Shown here one piece after another: positions 25,555-39,024 of a DNA stretch of 64,000 nucleotides (positions are counted from its first letter, which is position 1; every line of letters begins with the position of its first letter). Below the pieces are notes generated by a model. That model had not been told where the DNA came from. It did no database searches and saw nothing but the letters and a program-made list of their open reading frames with translations. Source of the DNA: Eledone cirrhosa (taxonomy: Eukaryota). The stretch spans positions 81,344,001 through 81,408,000 of the forward strand of contig OZ024740.1 of the NCBI GenBank assembly GCA_964016885.1, read 5' to 3'. The translations under genes and the position numbers were made by a program.

Positions 25555-25620
<66 letters not shown>
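25555..25620 (+). repeat. (ATT)n joining Tx1 copy 4 and Dong-like copy 2
   Basis: 22 perfect units. Confidence 0.98.
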
Positions 25621-28296
25621 GTTCTTTGAGTCTCAGTCATTGATGTTAATTAACTGGAAAGTTTGTTGAAATGAATATCAAGCCACTAACTGCAGCCTCA
25701 GATATTCAGGACGTATCGGAGGGTTCTTACTGTTCCCAGCAAGCATGCCTTTTGAAGCGTTCCAAAAAGCGTGGCGGGGCCAATTTTCTTTAACCATCCC
25801 TGGAAACCTTTTGAGATAGTACCTAGTGCGCTTATGACAATCGGGACCACTTTGACTTCATGGCAGTTCCAAATCCTTTTTACCTTCCACTGTAAGTCCT
25901 GGTATCGGTTAATTTTCTCCTTCTCCTTCTCTTGCACTCTCGTGTCGAATGGGCAGGCCACATCCACAATCAGGCACTATCCTTTTTCCTTGTCCAAAAC
26001 CACCAGGTCAGGTCTATTGTTTTCCAGTTTCTTGTCCGTCTGTATCCTAAAATCCCACATCACCTTCACATGGTCGTTTTCCATCACCGCCTCTGGCTTA
26101 TGATCATACCACTTCTCAGAATGTGGTAAATTATTTTGCATAGGTGCCAGTGGATCACCCTGCCCATCACATCATGTCTCCAGCCCTTATAGTGAGTCTG
26201 GGCTAGGTGTTTACACTCGGATACAATGTGAGCCACAATCTCCTCTCTCTCTCCACAGATCCTACACAGTGGGCTAGCCTCCTCCTTGTAAATATGGTGT
26301 TTCAACCACTTCGTTTTGAGGGCCTGCTCTTGCGCAGCCATTAGCATTCCTTCTGTAGCCTTTTTAAGGTCTCCTCTTTTCAACCAGTTCCATGTTTGCG
26401 GATCTCTGAATTCTGTTTTCTCAAAGAAGGTACTATAAAGGGATTTTTCCTGAAGGCTGCTCTTTCTCCTTGTTATTTCCTCCTTGCACATCCCTGGTCT
26501 ATAGTCCTCTCCTTCAGTACAATTCTGAGCATTGGCTCCTTACTATCAGTCCCGTATTTGTGTAGGTTGTTTCTCTCCATCTGAACACAGTCCTCTATGT
26601 TGATAAGACCCCTTCCACCTTCAGATCTCCTTAAGTAGAGTCTATCGACATCACTCCTCTTGTGGAACATGTTGTAGATCGTCAATAGCTTCCTAGTCTT
26701 CCTATCCATTTCCTTTTGTTCAGCAACATTCCATTTCAGAATTCCCGCACTGTACCTAATAATAGACACAGCTCGGGAATTTACTGCACTTATGGCATTC
26801 CTACTCTTCAGATGTGATATTAATACGCTCCTTACTCTACGAATGTTTTCAGATCTTATCAATTCCTTCATTTTTTTGTTCTTGATGTCATCAGCCTCCA
26901 GAACACCTAAATACTTGTATCCTTCTTCAGTGTCAATTTCCTTTATCATCTCACCTGTTGGTACCTGGATTCCATTGCTTCTGCTCAATTTACCCCTATT
27001 CATCACAAGGACTCCACACTTACTAATACCAAATTGCATACAAATATCATTGCTGAAAATACGGACAGTGTCAACAAGCACATCCAACTCCTTCTCACTC
27101 TTCCCGAAGAGCTTAAGATTGTCCATGAAGTGGAGGTGATTGATGGCAAGCTCTCCCTTTCCCAACTTGTATCCTGCTCTCACTTTTCGCAGTATAATGG
27201 TCAGGGGCATCAGGGCAAGGACAAACAACAGAGGGGACAGACTATCTCCCTGGAAGATACCTCTCCTCATCTTCACCCCTTCCCAAGGATTCTCCAGCTG
27301 ATGTTAACTCTGTTTTCCAGGACTTCATGCTTTTGCCCAACAACTGTCTGATGTTATCTGCCACCTTGAAGATCTCTAGGCTTTTGGTAATCCAAGAATG
27401 AGGCACAATGTCAAATGCCTTTTTGTAGTCTATCCATCGCATGGCAAGACCAGTGTGTCTCCTCTTGCAATTCCTCATTACCATCTTATCAATAAGTAAC
27501 TGGTCCTTTGTACCACGGGACTTCTTTCGGCATCCTTTCTGTTCGTCCGGTACCAAGTTGTTTGTGTGAAGGTGATGGTGGATTTCCTCAGACATAATGC
27601 TTGTCAACAGTTTCCACATTACGGACAGACATTTGATAGGTCTATAGTTGTTAACATAATTACCCCTGATTCGGTCTTTCATTACCAGAACTGTGGTACC
27701 CTTTGTGAACCACTCTGGTACCTCACCTGACATCAAGCAGTCATTGAACATGGTTGTCAGTTTCGGGTGGAGGGATGTTATATTTTTAATCCAATACCCC
27801 TGCACACCATCTGGGCCTGGTGATTTCCAGTTTGTTAGATTTTTGGCCTGCCCTTTAAGAGTTTCAACTGTGATACTCAAATCAGTTTGTTGGTGTGCCT
27901 GTTTACTAATCTCCTTTTGAACTGTCTCAATCCACACTGCCTGGTCATTATGTTTAACATCCTGCTCCCATATTCCTCTCCAGAATGTCATAGTTTGTTC
28001 CGCGTCAGAGATCAGTCGTTGTGTCTTTCTTTCCCTTCAAGCTGTCCAAACAACATCTTCTGGTTGTTGTCAAACATGCGCTTCTGTCTATACTGACTCA
28101 CTCTGCCTCGTATCGCCTGATTTTTGCACTCTTTGCTACAATGCGTTGCTTCAGTTCCTGTATGATAATATTTAGCCTTTTCCTCCTAGTTTTGTACTTT
28201 ATTTCCAGTCTATTTTTATCGTCTATGTTTTTTAGTGTCCCATTCAGTAGGGACTCAAGCTTTCCAATGTCATTTCTTATTTCGCTGATTTGACCA
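25621..28296 (-). mobile_element. R4/Dong-like element copy 2, 5'-truncated
   Basis: Colinear with 7830-10499; GIFQGDSLSPLLF, HFMDN, CRICG..HIVSEC, DVACPFD..K..Y; homology stops at ...TTTGACCA followed by a short ATTATTA. Confidence 0.9.
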
Positions 28297-28303
28297 TTAT
28301 TAC

Positions 28304-28460
28304 GGTGGATTGGCAGTATCGGTAGAGTTTCGGACGCCATGCTTTCCAGCATAGTTACGTCCCTTTACGATCTGAGTTCAAATCCCACCGAGGTTGACTT
28401 TGCTTTTCATCCTTACGGGGTCGATAAAATAAAGTACCAGTAATGCACTGGATAATTGCT
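28304..28460 (+). mobile_element. tRNA-derived SINE, 3'-truncated
   Basis: A box-like TGGCAGTATCGG, B box GAGTTCAAATCC, central TTTCATCCTTACGGGGTCGATAAAATAAAGTACCAG resembling Deu/Nin-type SINE cores; near-identical to 58843-59026. Confidence 0.85.
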
Positions 28461-28479
28461 TATAAATGCCTGGTACGAG

Positions 28480-29640
28480 ACCAGCCGATCTCATGTATGT
28501 CCTCCAACTATCTTTCTCGGGGTGAACACTTGGATATCCTATCGGTTAATTTTCCCCGTACAATCCCTACAAAGATTCTCTTCTGGGACATTCTGAGCAT
28601 ATGTTCGTAGTATCGGAGATGTAATCTCTCAACTCGGAGCAGTAGCTGCTCTAATTGGAATGACTCTCTGATCTTCGAGCTAGACTCTCTATCAAGTAGC
28701 GTTACCCCAAAAACCCTTTGGAGGATTCTCATTTAGGCCGCTTGTATTCGTGATCATCGCAAGGTTCATGACCATATTTATGGGTTGGAACGAATATCGA
28801 ATTCAAGATAGTGAGTTTAGCTTTTACACCTAACTCCTATCTAATAACCGAATGCTGAAGCTGGCACACTACTGCACCTGGTCCTGCCTTGTTTCCACTT
28901 AATGCAGCCTTCCATCATTTGTGAACATGGTCCCGAGGTACTGGAACCTGTCTAACTTCTTCATAGAAACTCCACTCACATGTAAGGGTGCGTTGCACAG
29001 ACGTCTTTGATAGAGCGTCATTCCCAGTCTTCGTAGCACTGATTTCCATTCCAGCTCTGCAGAACTTTGCTTCACACCTATTACGTGCATGTTGAAGATC
29101 ACATTTTGACGGGTTAAGTATTACCAAGCCGCCTGCAATTTCCTGCTGATTGATCTTACACCGGCCTGTCGTAACATTACTTCCAACCTGGCTGTATCCG
29201 GACAAAATACTATCGCATTTGTATAAAGGTATCAGGACAAGAAGGTATCTATCGATCCCATATTGCTGAAGAACCTTCCAAAGCAGGCCCTATGGAACGC
29301 GGCCGTATGTCTTTTCTAGGTCTATGAAGGAGTATATACTTCCTGGCAGTACTGGCATGATTTCTTAAATACCTGGCACAGTGTCAATATTTGGTCCGCT
29401 GTACTGCGTCCGGGGAAAATTAAAACCACTGTTCATTGGCTAGACTACCAATCTACCTACATTATTTTTCCTAACGCTTTGCCTGCCACAACATAGACTC
29501 TACCAGGAAGCTAAACAAGAAAATCCCTATATAATTGGAGCAACTGCCCCGTCTTTCTTTTAAAAAATTGGGATTATTAACCTCATTTGCCATTGCTTAT
29601 GTCTATTAACTAACCGGAAGTCACCTGGCACGCATGCATA
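28480..29640 (-). mobile_element. Degenerate RTE-like LINE RT fragment
   Basis: Minus-strand peptides FIDLEKTYGRVP*GLLWKVLQQYG, RFQYLGTMFTNDG and MRILQRVFGVTLLDR..IRE. Confidence 0.75.
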
Positions 29641-29989
29641 AGCCAGTTAATACCTTTTCTCCAGTGGAATTGACACATTTGAGTACTTTAATGGTTCTTG
29701 TGAACTCAGTCACCGAGAGGTTACTTGTCGTTCGCGGATATATCTCTTGTACATCAGATGCTGTTGTAACTGCGTCTCATTTGATCAGCTTAACTAAGGA
29801 GAAAAGACAGAAAATCGTCTCAGAAACTGTATCAAAATACCAGGCCTCCAAGTGCGAGTAAAAAGGTACGGGTGATATTCAGAGAACACCTAATGCAGAG
29901 TATTCAGGAAGACAGTCGCTGTTTTCGGTCATGCTCTCTCAGAGAATAGACTACCACAGATATTAACAACAACAACACCAATACAAAAC

Positions 29990-30580
29990 TAATATGCCCG
30001 AGAATCCATATTGTGTATGAGTTGATTTGCACGCGTGGAGCCAAATACATCGGTTCCATGAAATGCCAACTACATAACAGAATACAGGAACATTTCCAAA
30101 AAAGCGACGCCTCCGAGAACAATGTTTCAAGACAGAGTAATATGTAGAAGTAGTATGACTACAAAGATAACTGCGGAGCAATGTGACACGGTAGAGGCTA
30201 GAATAACGGCGGCACATTTTATTGGGAAGCAGGTACCTAACCTCCAGTGCGACCTAGACCCATGGAAACACATATGCACATATGCACTCCGACTATCAAG
30301 TAACCAATACTGACAAAGCAACAAGACTCGTTGACTGAAGCCACGTGACCATTCAGCTTAAGTATACTAACATCAATCCTAATCCTAACTCTAATCCTAC
30401 ACCTAATGTTAATTCTAACGTTAACTCTCACACACTCATCTTTCTACACACCAAAATGAAACATAATACACAAAATATATACTGTTTTAAAACAATTTTA
30501 TCTCGGTTATTGGATTTTATTTTATTCTAGCTTCTCCCTATCGGCTTCCTAAAGCTGACCCTTATTCACTTGCCCTTAAC
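29990..30580 (+). mobile_element. Degenerate Penelope-like 3' fragment (GIY-YIG C-terminus)
   Basis: KYIGSMKCQLHNRIQEHF and ARITAAHFIGKQVPNL; related to the - strand segment at ~39340-39640; 30426-30580 resembles 40370-40500. Confidence 0.55.
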
Positions 30581-30706
30581 AGCACACACTACAACTATAT
30601 ATATATATATATATATATACGAATAAATACGAATGTGGTATGCATAGTCGATTATATATATATATATATATATACGAATAAATACGAATGTGTGTATGCA
30701 TAGTGG

Positions 30707-30751
<45 letters not shown>

Positions 30752-31584
30752 CACTATGCATACACACATGTTGCTTGAGATACATCAACGCGTGATGTAT
30801 ATATTCATTTAAATGTGTATGTATGTGTCTGTCTTTCCGCCAAGAAAACTGCAAAACGCCCAATGATATAAGCCATGATAGAGACAGTCCCTCGTCATTC
30901 AAACCATTAGAAACTCAGTGATTGAATGGAACGTTAGAAATATATGTTACCAACGATGCTATTGTTAACCCATTGTGCTAAAATATGAATAAAATAAATC
31001 AATGAAATGTGGGTGTTCACGAATGGAGATATTTTCATGTGATTGATAACAACTATCATTGCATAAGATTATGAGTGATTCTTTTGAATTTTATGTTTTA
31101 CTTTATCTATTCTGTGGGAAAAAGTATTTAAGTCTGATAGTTACCAATGTATTGAACATTTTCATTATGATATTTATTCACCTATAGAAATGTTTTAGTG
31201 AGGAATTAATTGGAAATTGTATATTCTGCGATCACAATAACTCACCTATTTATATCCTTACTCCAAAATATTTGTTATCGCTCATAGTCATAGTTTGCTA
31301 CTTCTACTAATTTCTAAACAGCACTAGAAGTAAATTCTTGATGAAACGTTTGAAAAACAAATTATATAAAAGAAGCCAAATACGAATTCCTTGCATGTTA
31401 GAGCTGCCTCCTAGAAATAATCGTCAAATAATTCTGTAAGAGAAACAGTTTGCAATCCTGATTGCTTTTGTTATTAGGGACCATATCAGGAGCATTCAGT
31501 TTTGGAACCGTAAAGTGAATGCTCCTGTATATATACTTATAACAAACGCATTTATAATGTCATATATGAGGTAAGCTGAACAGT

Positions 31585-31775
31585 TCGTAGGGTGAAACGT
31601 TCATAGGCTGACCAAGATACCCTCATGGAATGACCAAATGAGTTTTATTTTTCAACATAGTATCTGGAAAGTAACAATGCATTTATTAATAAGAAGAATT
31701 GAAATTAATGCATAAAATATTTCACAGCTCTAGCATCACTTCTTAATAGTCAGCTTATGAACTTTCCCCCTACGA
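31585..31775. mobile_element. Mariner/Tc1-like MITE with ~27-bp imperfect TIRs
   Basis: TCGTAGGGTGAAACGTTCATAGGCTGAC versus the reverse complement of GTCAGCTTATGAACTTTCCCCCTACGA. Confidence 0.65.
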
Positions 31776-33019
31776 CAGCTATAATAATATCATATATTAA
31801 ATTTCACTGCGAAAATACATTGTAAACAAGTTATAGAAAACGTCTGTTGCTAAGAAATGTGACGGTTTTCGTCTTCTCGAGTTTCATCGAGGAATTTTTG
31901 CTGATATCTCAATTAGCAAATATTCGGAATGTAAATATTTTTATGGAAAAAGGAACAAAACTTTTACTGGTGTGACGTTATTTAGATAATGTAAGTTTGA
32001 AAAACATGATATATTAAAAAATAAGCAACACAGCATTGTTGCGTATATGGATTTATATAAAAGTTGAAAACATGTGTGTGTTGCTTATTTTATATCTATA
32101 AATACAGCTATCATTCCACCGTTGCTGTTGCAGCTTTCTTGAGACGACAATAAATTTATGTGTTTGTCATTCAAACTAAAAAATAATATGATTTCATACT
32201 CTACGTCCTGTGATATGATTGTTCCGCAAGTCGGACATTTGGCGTGGATGTCAGAGTATCTCGTTTCCTTTTAACCCAATTGAAACCGGAACAATAATAT
32301 TTGGTATACTTGATTAAACTATTCATTTCAGAGAGAAAGTTCTGCATTCGAAATGAATCACAATGTTAATCTGTCACTGAACGTCGTCTTCAGTGGCCTC
32401 GCTATAGCCTAAAATGTACGCCTAAAATAGTCCACATTCTCCAGTCGACAATAAAGATTTGGGTAATTTAACCATCGTAACATCTTACACCACACCCAAA
32501 GCACACTATAAAATCTTGAATTACACCCAAACTACTCGCTAACATCTTAAAACATACCCAATGGTTCATATGTGACCTCTATTGAGTCCATGGTTTCATA
32601 TAAGAGTTTGGTCTGTGCAAGAGCTTTATATGCCTGTATTCTCGTGTCTAGGTTTATGCCCCTCTCATTCCACACGAAAGCCACAACAGATTTCTATTAC
32701 CTATCCAGATACACAGTAGCCTATCAAATAGAACAAAACCCGTGTGTTAATAATTGTAATTATTTAGAAGAATACGCAACATCATCTTCTGTTGAAACCC
32801 ATTAATCATGCAGTCCATCGATATTGAGAACCAGAAATAGCGAAAAGCTGCCACCTACATCATACAATACTACACGTTGTATCTACTGTCAATGCAACCA
32901 TCTTCGTTAGAAGCAACACTCCGATTTCTACACTGCAAATAAATATACAGATGTCAGGCTACTACTGACTGTACACATACAAACACACATAAACACACAC
33001 ATATTCATATATAACACAT

Positions 33020-33053
<34 letters not shown>

Positions 33054-33056
<3 letters not shown>

Positions 33057-33233
33057 GGAACCAGTAAGACCCCGACAGCTGAGCTCAAGCCGTTTCGACG
33101 GCTAATTCGACCATATATGGAATTACCCCTTGAGAAGATCGGCTATTTAAATACCAGGATAAATTTTCATTTAGTCCAGAATTAGCCGTCGAAACGGCTT
33201 GAGCTCAGCTGTCGGGGTCTTACTGGTTCCTAT
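33054..33233. repeat. Perfect 55-bp inverted repeat with 70-bp spacer
   Basis: 33054-33108 is the exact reverse complement of 33179-33233; a further single arm lies at 62947-62999. Confidence 0.9.
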
Positions 33234-33309
33234 TACCCACTCTACTACCTCAAGTATTGAGTACTTTGGTGCGTTATGGTCCACCTGGTTCCTTACCACA
33301 TTTCCTTCG

Positions 33310-33356
<47 letters not shown>

Positions 33357-33396
33357 TCTTCCTGGATATGTCATATTTATAAAACAAACTTTGTAG

Positions 33397-33451
33397 TTTA
33401 TCTGATGAGAGCGTACCAAAGTTTTGGTACCATTGAAATATATATAATAGA
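33397..33451 (+). ncRNA. Minimal type I hammerhead ribozyme motif (PLE type)
   Basis: tttat-CTGATGA-(gtaccaaa/tttggtac hairpin)-GAAA-tatata-TA-ataga. Confidence 0.65.
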
Positions 33452-34314
33452 ATAAATATGGTTTTATAAATATAGTTTCTATTTATTTAATATCATTGAT
33501 ATTATACTCCAGAAAATATGTCGAATGCTTCGAATCAGTTATAAACATATATATTTGTTGAATTACAAACTTATATATATATATAAAGATAACGAATTCA
33601 TTCAGAAATTAAGATTTAAGTCGGCTTAAATGCTTTTTTATTTGTTCCGGCGCTCTTGTTTTATTGGCAACAAGAACATATATATTAGCTGTACAAGACA
33701 TGTATTATCTGCCGCTGGGATGAAGATCAATGTTAGTAGAATGCACAAGGAGGCAGCTCGCTGAGTATCTGTCCAAATTCCATGCAACATCAGCTGTGTG
33801 AAATTCAACATATAATTGGTACTCAGTAGTTATCTAAGGATGCATAGTAGAAGCGAAATGCCAGATACAGAGCTATGAATTCGATGAGAAATGATTTTGC
33901 CCAGATTTAAGTCGAAACGACGCCATGCATACATACATGGAAACATACATTCATACACACATACATAAATACATGCATATTCATACATAGAAACACACAC
34001 AAACACATGTATATAAGATGGTCTCTCCCATTAATAGGGACGTATGCGGATCCAGACAACTTATTCAGTTACTTTAGTTTGGATATTTATATCGCGCATG
34101 ACAGTTTAAACCAGCTAAAGATTTGTAATCAGGTCCACAGAGGGTGCACGGGTGAGGTTTACTAGATAAAGTTTACAGGATGAATTGCTTCAATAATCCA
34201 TGGTCCCTGACCTGTAGTAATGATGATGGGAAGTGAAGAAATATATATGTATATATATAACTTTTTCCAATTCCGCCCTGTCTGTCCCTTCAATTTTTCT
34301 AATCTCTCATTCTT

Positions 34315-34350
34315 TCTTCTGATGAAGAACTAATTTCCGAAACGTTAAGA
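34315..34350 (+). ncRNA. Minimal hammerhead motif
   Basis: tctt-CTGATGA-agaa ctaat ttcc-GAAA-cgtt-aaga; a more degraded relative lies at 48982-49010. Confidence 0.55.
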
Positions 34351-34430
34351 CGCGCTTCCTGCTATTTCAAGCGTTAAACTAATATATTCCTTCCATATTC
34401 TGTTTACCTTTTACATACATGCATACATAC

Positions 34431-34468
<38 letters not shown>

Positions 34469-34478
34469 AGAGAGAGAG

Positions 34479-34519
<41 letters not shown>

Positions 34520-34539
34520 ATATATATAGTGAAAGTTTG

Positions 34540-35735
34540 AAGAGTGTCTGTGAACGTACCATCTTTACAGACACTCCATGAAGAACCTTAAACTGGAGAA
34601 CTCTACAACACTGACCAATAAAATCTGGCAGCTTAAAAACACAAACCAGAAACAAAGGATTAGCTGGTCAAAATTATCGGGAGTAAGGGCCTACAACAAG
34701 GAATGTCCCACTGCAGACTTTACAATCTGGAGCTATTCCATATTTTAAGGTGTGATAAGATGCTGTTTAACACCAAAATAGAAATATCAATTTTATGTAG
34801 GCACAAAATAGCTACCAAGTTCACAAATTTCAAACCACCGTAATTCGACCCAACAATCCCCAAATTAGAACTGAACCACCATGATTATAAGGTACCGAAT
34901 ACCATCACACTGCTATTAGCTGTCAAACAGCCGACAGGTCACTAGATCATAAATCTCTTAAAATCTATTTCACCCTCTCTCCCTGAAACCGCATCAATCC
35001 CATTAAGGCAAGACAATCAGCAAAACATTTACCACACACACTTGTCAAAAGTCCCCTTCATCATCCACCCTTAGACCTTGAGTCTCATACTAGTATCTCC
35101 CATTAAAATTTCTAATTTATTTATTTTTCTTTTATCTGCCATGTGTTACTACCTCAGATTCTCTACACGTATCTATGTATCTTTAGAATATGGGTTTTAA
35201 TGTCAGCACTACATCCACCGCAGCATCCTTACGCATACACTTACTCATACGCTCTCACTTATCTTTATATCTTTATATTTTTTATTATTTTTCCATTTTC
35301 TTACTTTTTTATTGTATCTTTTTTCATACTTTTTACTTTTTACATCTGTAACTTCTTTACCTACTTATCATATATGTTATTATTGTTGTTATTGTTTTGA
35401 TTCTACGCTATTTCTCTATATATATATCATGGCATGTATGAATTATTTGTATTCTGAGGATTTGATTAGAGGTAAATACTGTAATGGAAATCGAGTGACG
35501 CAATTTCGAGCGAATAGCGGCCTCTAGATTCACCTGACCAATGAAACAATTCTTAATACCTGAAATAAAGCCCCTTGTTACTCCAAGTATAACCTGCATA
35601 GGAATTCCCGCGAACTCGCTGCCTAAGAATGGAAACATCTTGTTGAGTCAAACAAAGCCGTACGTTAAAACTATCCACGACACAGGGTACTCACAACCTC
35701 TAACTGGATTACCTATAACGATAACTTGTTATTCC
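34540..35735 (+). mobile_element. Penelope-like 3' fragment (GIY-YIG C-terminus + pseudo-LTR)
   Basis: Peptide HCRLYNLELFHIL..MLFNTKIEISILCRHK; inverted diverged copy at ~49115-50200. Confidence 0.65.
35449..35559 (+). ncRNA. Hammerhead motif with long helix II
   Basis: gtatt-CTGAGGA-[~82 nt, closed by ttgattag/ctgaccaa]-GAAA-caattc-tt-aatac; the sibling copy near 49330 reads ..AAACAATTGTC. Confidence 0.55.
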
Positions 35736-35770
<35 letters not shown>

Positions 35771-38061
35771 TACATAATCCTAAAAGGTAGACAGTATAAA
35801 AATGTTACATATGTCGAACAGAAAATTATATCTCTATCGTATTAGGCAACTTACCGGAGTGTAATTTTGCGTACTGGACTTGTAATACTAGTGACTTTCA
35901 GCAAACATCAGTGATAAATATAAAAAGATTATGCAACTAACGTATATTGTGCAAACTGAAAATGCTGAAACGAAAAGATTTTTTAATTTCGTCAACAGCA
36001 TGTGGTTGTTCGGCGGGATTTAACAAAAAAGGTTCTGCTATTTATTGAATTTGGGAGGTAAAATACAGACAGCTAGTTTGAAGAGGAAGGAAAATAAGAA
36101 GACGAACGAACAATAGGGAGTTAAATAAGGAGAGAGTAGAGTAGAGTGAAATATAAAAGGAGAGAGATAGAGATAGATAGATAGATATATAGAGAGAGGG
36201 GGAAGGAGAGAAATAGAGAGAGATGGAGAGAGAGAGGGAGTGAGAGACAAGGAGACAGCAATGTCGAAATACAAAAATGAGACGGGTTCACAGAAGTAAA
36301 ACGTTTTATTTATTGGAAAATGGCATGCCATGTATATATATATATATATTATATTTATATATATATATATTTATAGCCGATATATATATAAGGAAGAAAT
36401 GCACACAAAAGGCCCAATTACCTAACATAAACACACCTAAATCTCTGCCACATTAATCACCTTACAGGCGTGCAGTGTTGCTTATTAAGTTATTTGCGAT
36501 GTTCATTTGCGCAACTGGTTTGGGAACATGCAATAGGACAATATTCTAAAAGCTTGGGCTGGAAATTTGACTAGTGTCTTTCGACAAAAAACGTAGATAG
36601 GTACATAAAAATAATACAACTAAATAACAGATTTAACATGTGATGTGTGCAAAGTTAGTGGTGGCAGAATGCACCATGTTTAAAACGAAAGGTGGATATA
36701 TACACATATGGACTATGTTTATGTATAAACATGCATAGAGCTTCCCAGTTAGTATTTTAAGCTGTAATCATATCATGCTATCCTCAACGAGACCTGTATC
36801 TCAGTTTGACAATCGCAGCAGACGAATGCGAGAAAGTTCTCCACACCAAGTTAACCAAGAATCTTTAAAATTCTTCCCACCGAAGTTAACAAAGAACTTA
36901 CTTGATCTACCAACTCATAATATTATAATATTATAAAATTAAATGAAAAATGTGTTAACACTACAAGTGAAGTCATTCTTTTCCTTTTTTCATATATGTA
37001 TATATATTTATTGCTCTGGTCTCTTTTTTGTCCATGGAGCGCTTTCCAGCATAACTCGGATATTACGTTTCGCATGTTTTAGACCCTGCCGAAAATACAA
37101 ATCTCGCTCAAATTATATTTATATATATATATGACAAATAAGTATGTTTTGAAACGCTAGCAAGTTTGAAAATTAGAAATAGAAGCTTTCGTCATATTTT
37201 TTTTATTAAAGAAATTGTAGCTTGATAGGTCAGTTTAGAACCCTCAAAGAAATGGAAACACATGTGTATTGATGTACTCATGTTTTTTCAAAAATTGAAT
37301 ATTATTTTTATTATCATATTCATTCAAAGGCGGAAAGAAAAACACGCATCACAGCTTCAGATCTTTTCTCGATAACAAAGTTTGTAAATGAAATCGAAGC
37401 TAGTGAATATTAATTGAAATGATCGATTATAATAAATCAAATAAAATATTATTCAAAACGCAATCTTTTAATACAATTTAAACTCTAGTTCATACTCATT
37501 GTTGTTGTTTTTTCTAGTTTCAGAGGAAAAGGATAAAATAAACTTCATAGGTTTATTAATTCATTAGAAATATATTAAGTATATAATAGACAGAAACATT
37601 TTTGAAATTAAAATGTTCGAAGAAGATAAGAATTTGCTATACATACTGATGTTGCTTTACCTACCAATCTTTATGTTCTATTAGGTTTTATCTCGTCATC
37701 AGAATTTTTTACTTTAGATAAAGAAATAAACACGAACGCCGAAAATATCGATTCACTGCACTAGTAAACTTTTATTGACTGCATTAAAGTCTAATGGCAA
37801 AGGTAAGATTTTTAGTATGGGCATAAAATAGATAAATAAAAGTGGTGCATTAGAAAAATGGGCGCTTCGATATGTTTTTACTTTTATATTTAACTCATAA
37901 AAAGAATCCTGATATACAGGCGTTAAATGAATTTTCATACATGATTCTGTTGTTACAGTCCTCTACACATTTGTTGTAAGTTTGTTGATAAAAAACCGTT
38001 AGGATACGAACATTGCAGCTTGATTGCAATATATTTATATATGTATATATACAGATATATA

Positions 38062-38135
<74 letters not shown>

Positions 38136-38160
38136 TATATATTCATATATATATATATAT

Positions 38161-38382
38161 GACTCCAGTTCCCCAGTGAATTAACAACCCAACAAGGAAC
38201 TGGGCATATCAGAGTATTGACAATATCATACACCTAAACAACATATGTACTTGTCTATACCATGCTAATTCAAACTGCCTGAAGAGGTCACAGCCAAAGA
38301 TGGCTGTCACTGAAATATATATAGCAGTAATAAACGAAGCTAAATTTTAATCATTTGACTTTTATTTAACTTTATTTTATAT
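38161..38382 (+). mobile_element. Short non-coding PLE terminus between (TA)n tracts
   Basis: Near-identical to 63155-63378 (-) and 63551-63720 (+); contains a hammerhead motif. Confidence 0.7.
38274..38328 (+). ncRNA. Minimal type I hammerhead ribozyme
   Basis: actgc-CTGAAGA-g gtcacagcc aaaga tggctgtcac t-GAAA-tatata-TA-gcagt; helix I fully paired, palindromic helix III. Confidence 0.8.
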
Positions 38383-38964
38383 ATATATATATGTATATAT
38401 ATATATTTAAATATATATATATGTATATATATATTTAAATATATATATATATATACACACACACATACACACATATATATATATTTATATATTTGTGCAA
38501 AATAACATTTCACATTTCACCACTAAGATTAATTAGAACTGATGTTTTCCGTAACAGACGTCAAATTTACAATAAAAAAAATACTTTAAGTGCTTTCAAT
38601 TTGCAATTACCATAATAATTTTCGAAATGTTCGGTAGCCTTGGGGAGCATTTCCTAACATAGCGATTAAATCTTCCAACTGATGTATGAAATACTAAACT
38701 ACAACAGTAATAGTTCCACTTACTAAAATTATCATTCACATATTCCTCGCATCCCATTTGCAAAAAGAAGTAATATATTAGATGATGTAGAACTCTAAAC
38801 ATTACAGGTGAAACAAAAATTGCCTTTGATCTGAAGGATGCCCACTGAATTTCAACCTAATTACCAGAACGTATGCGACTACAGTTAACAAAGCACTACG
38901 CACGCGCGCGCGCGCACATACACACATACACACACACACACATATATGTGTATATATATATATA

Positions 38965-39021
<57 letters not shown>

Positions 39022-39024
<3 letters not shown>

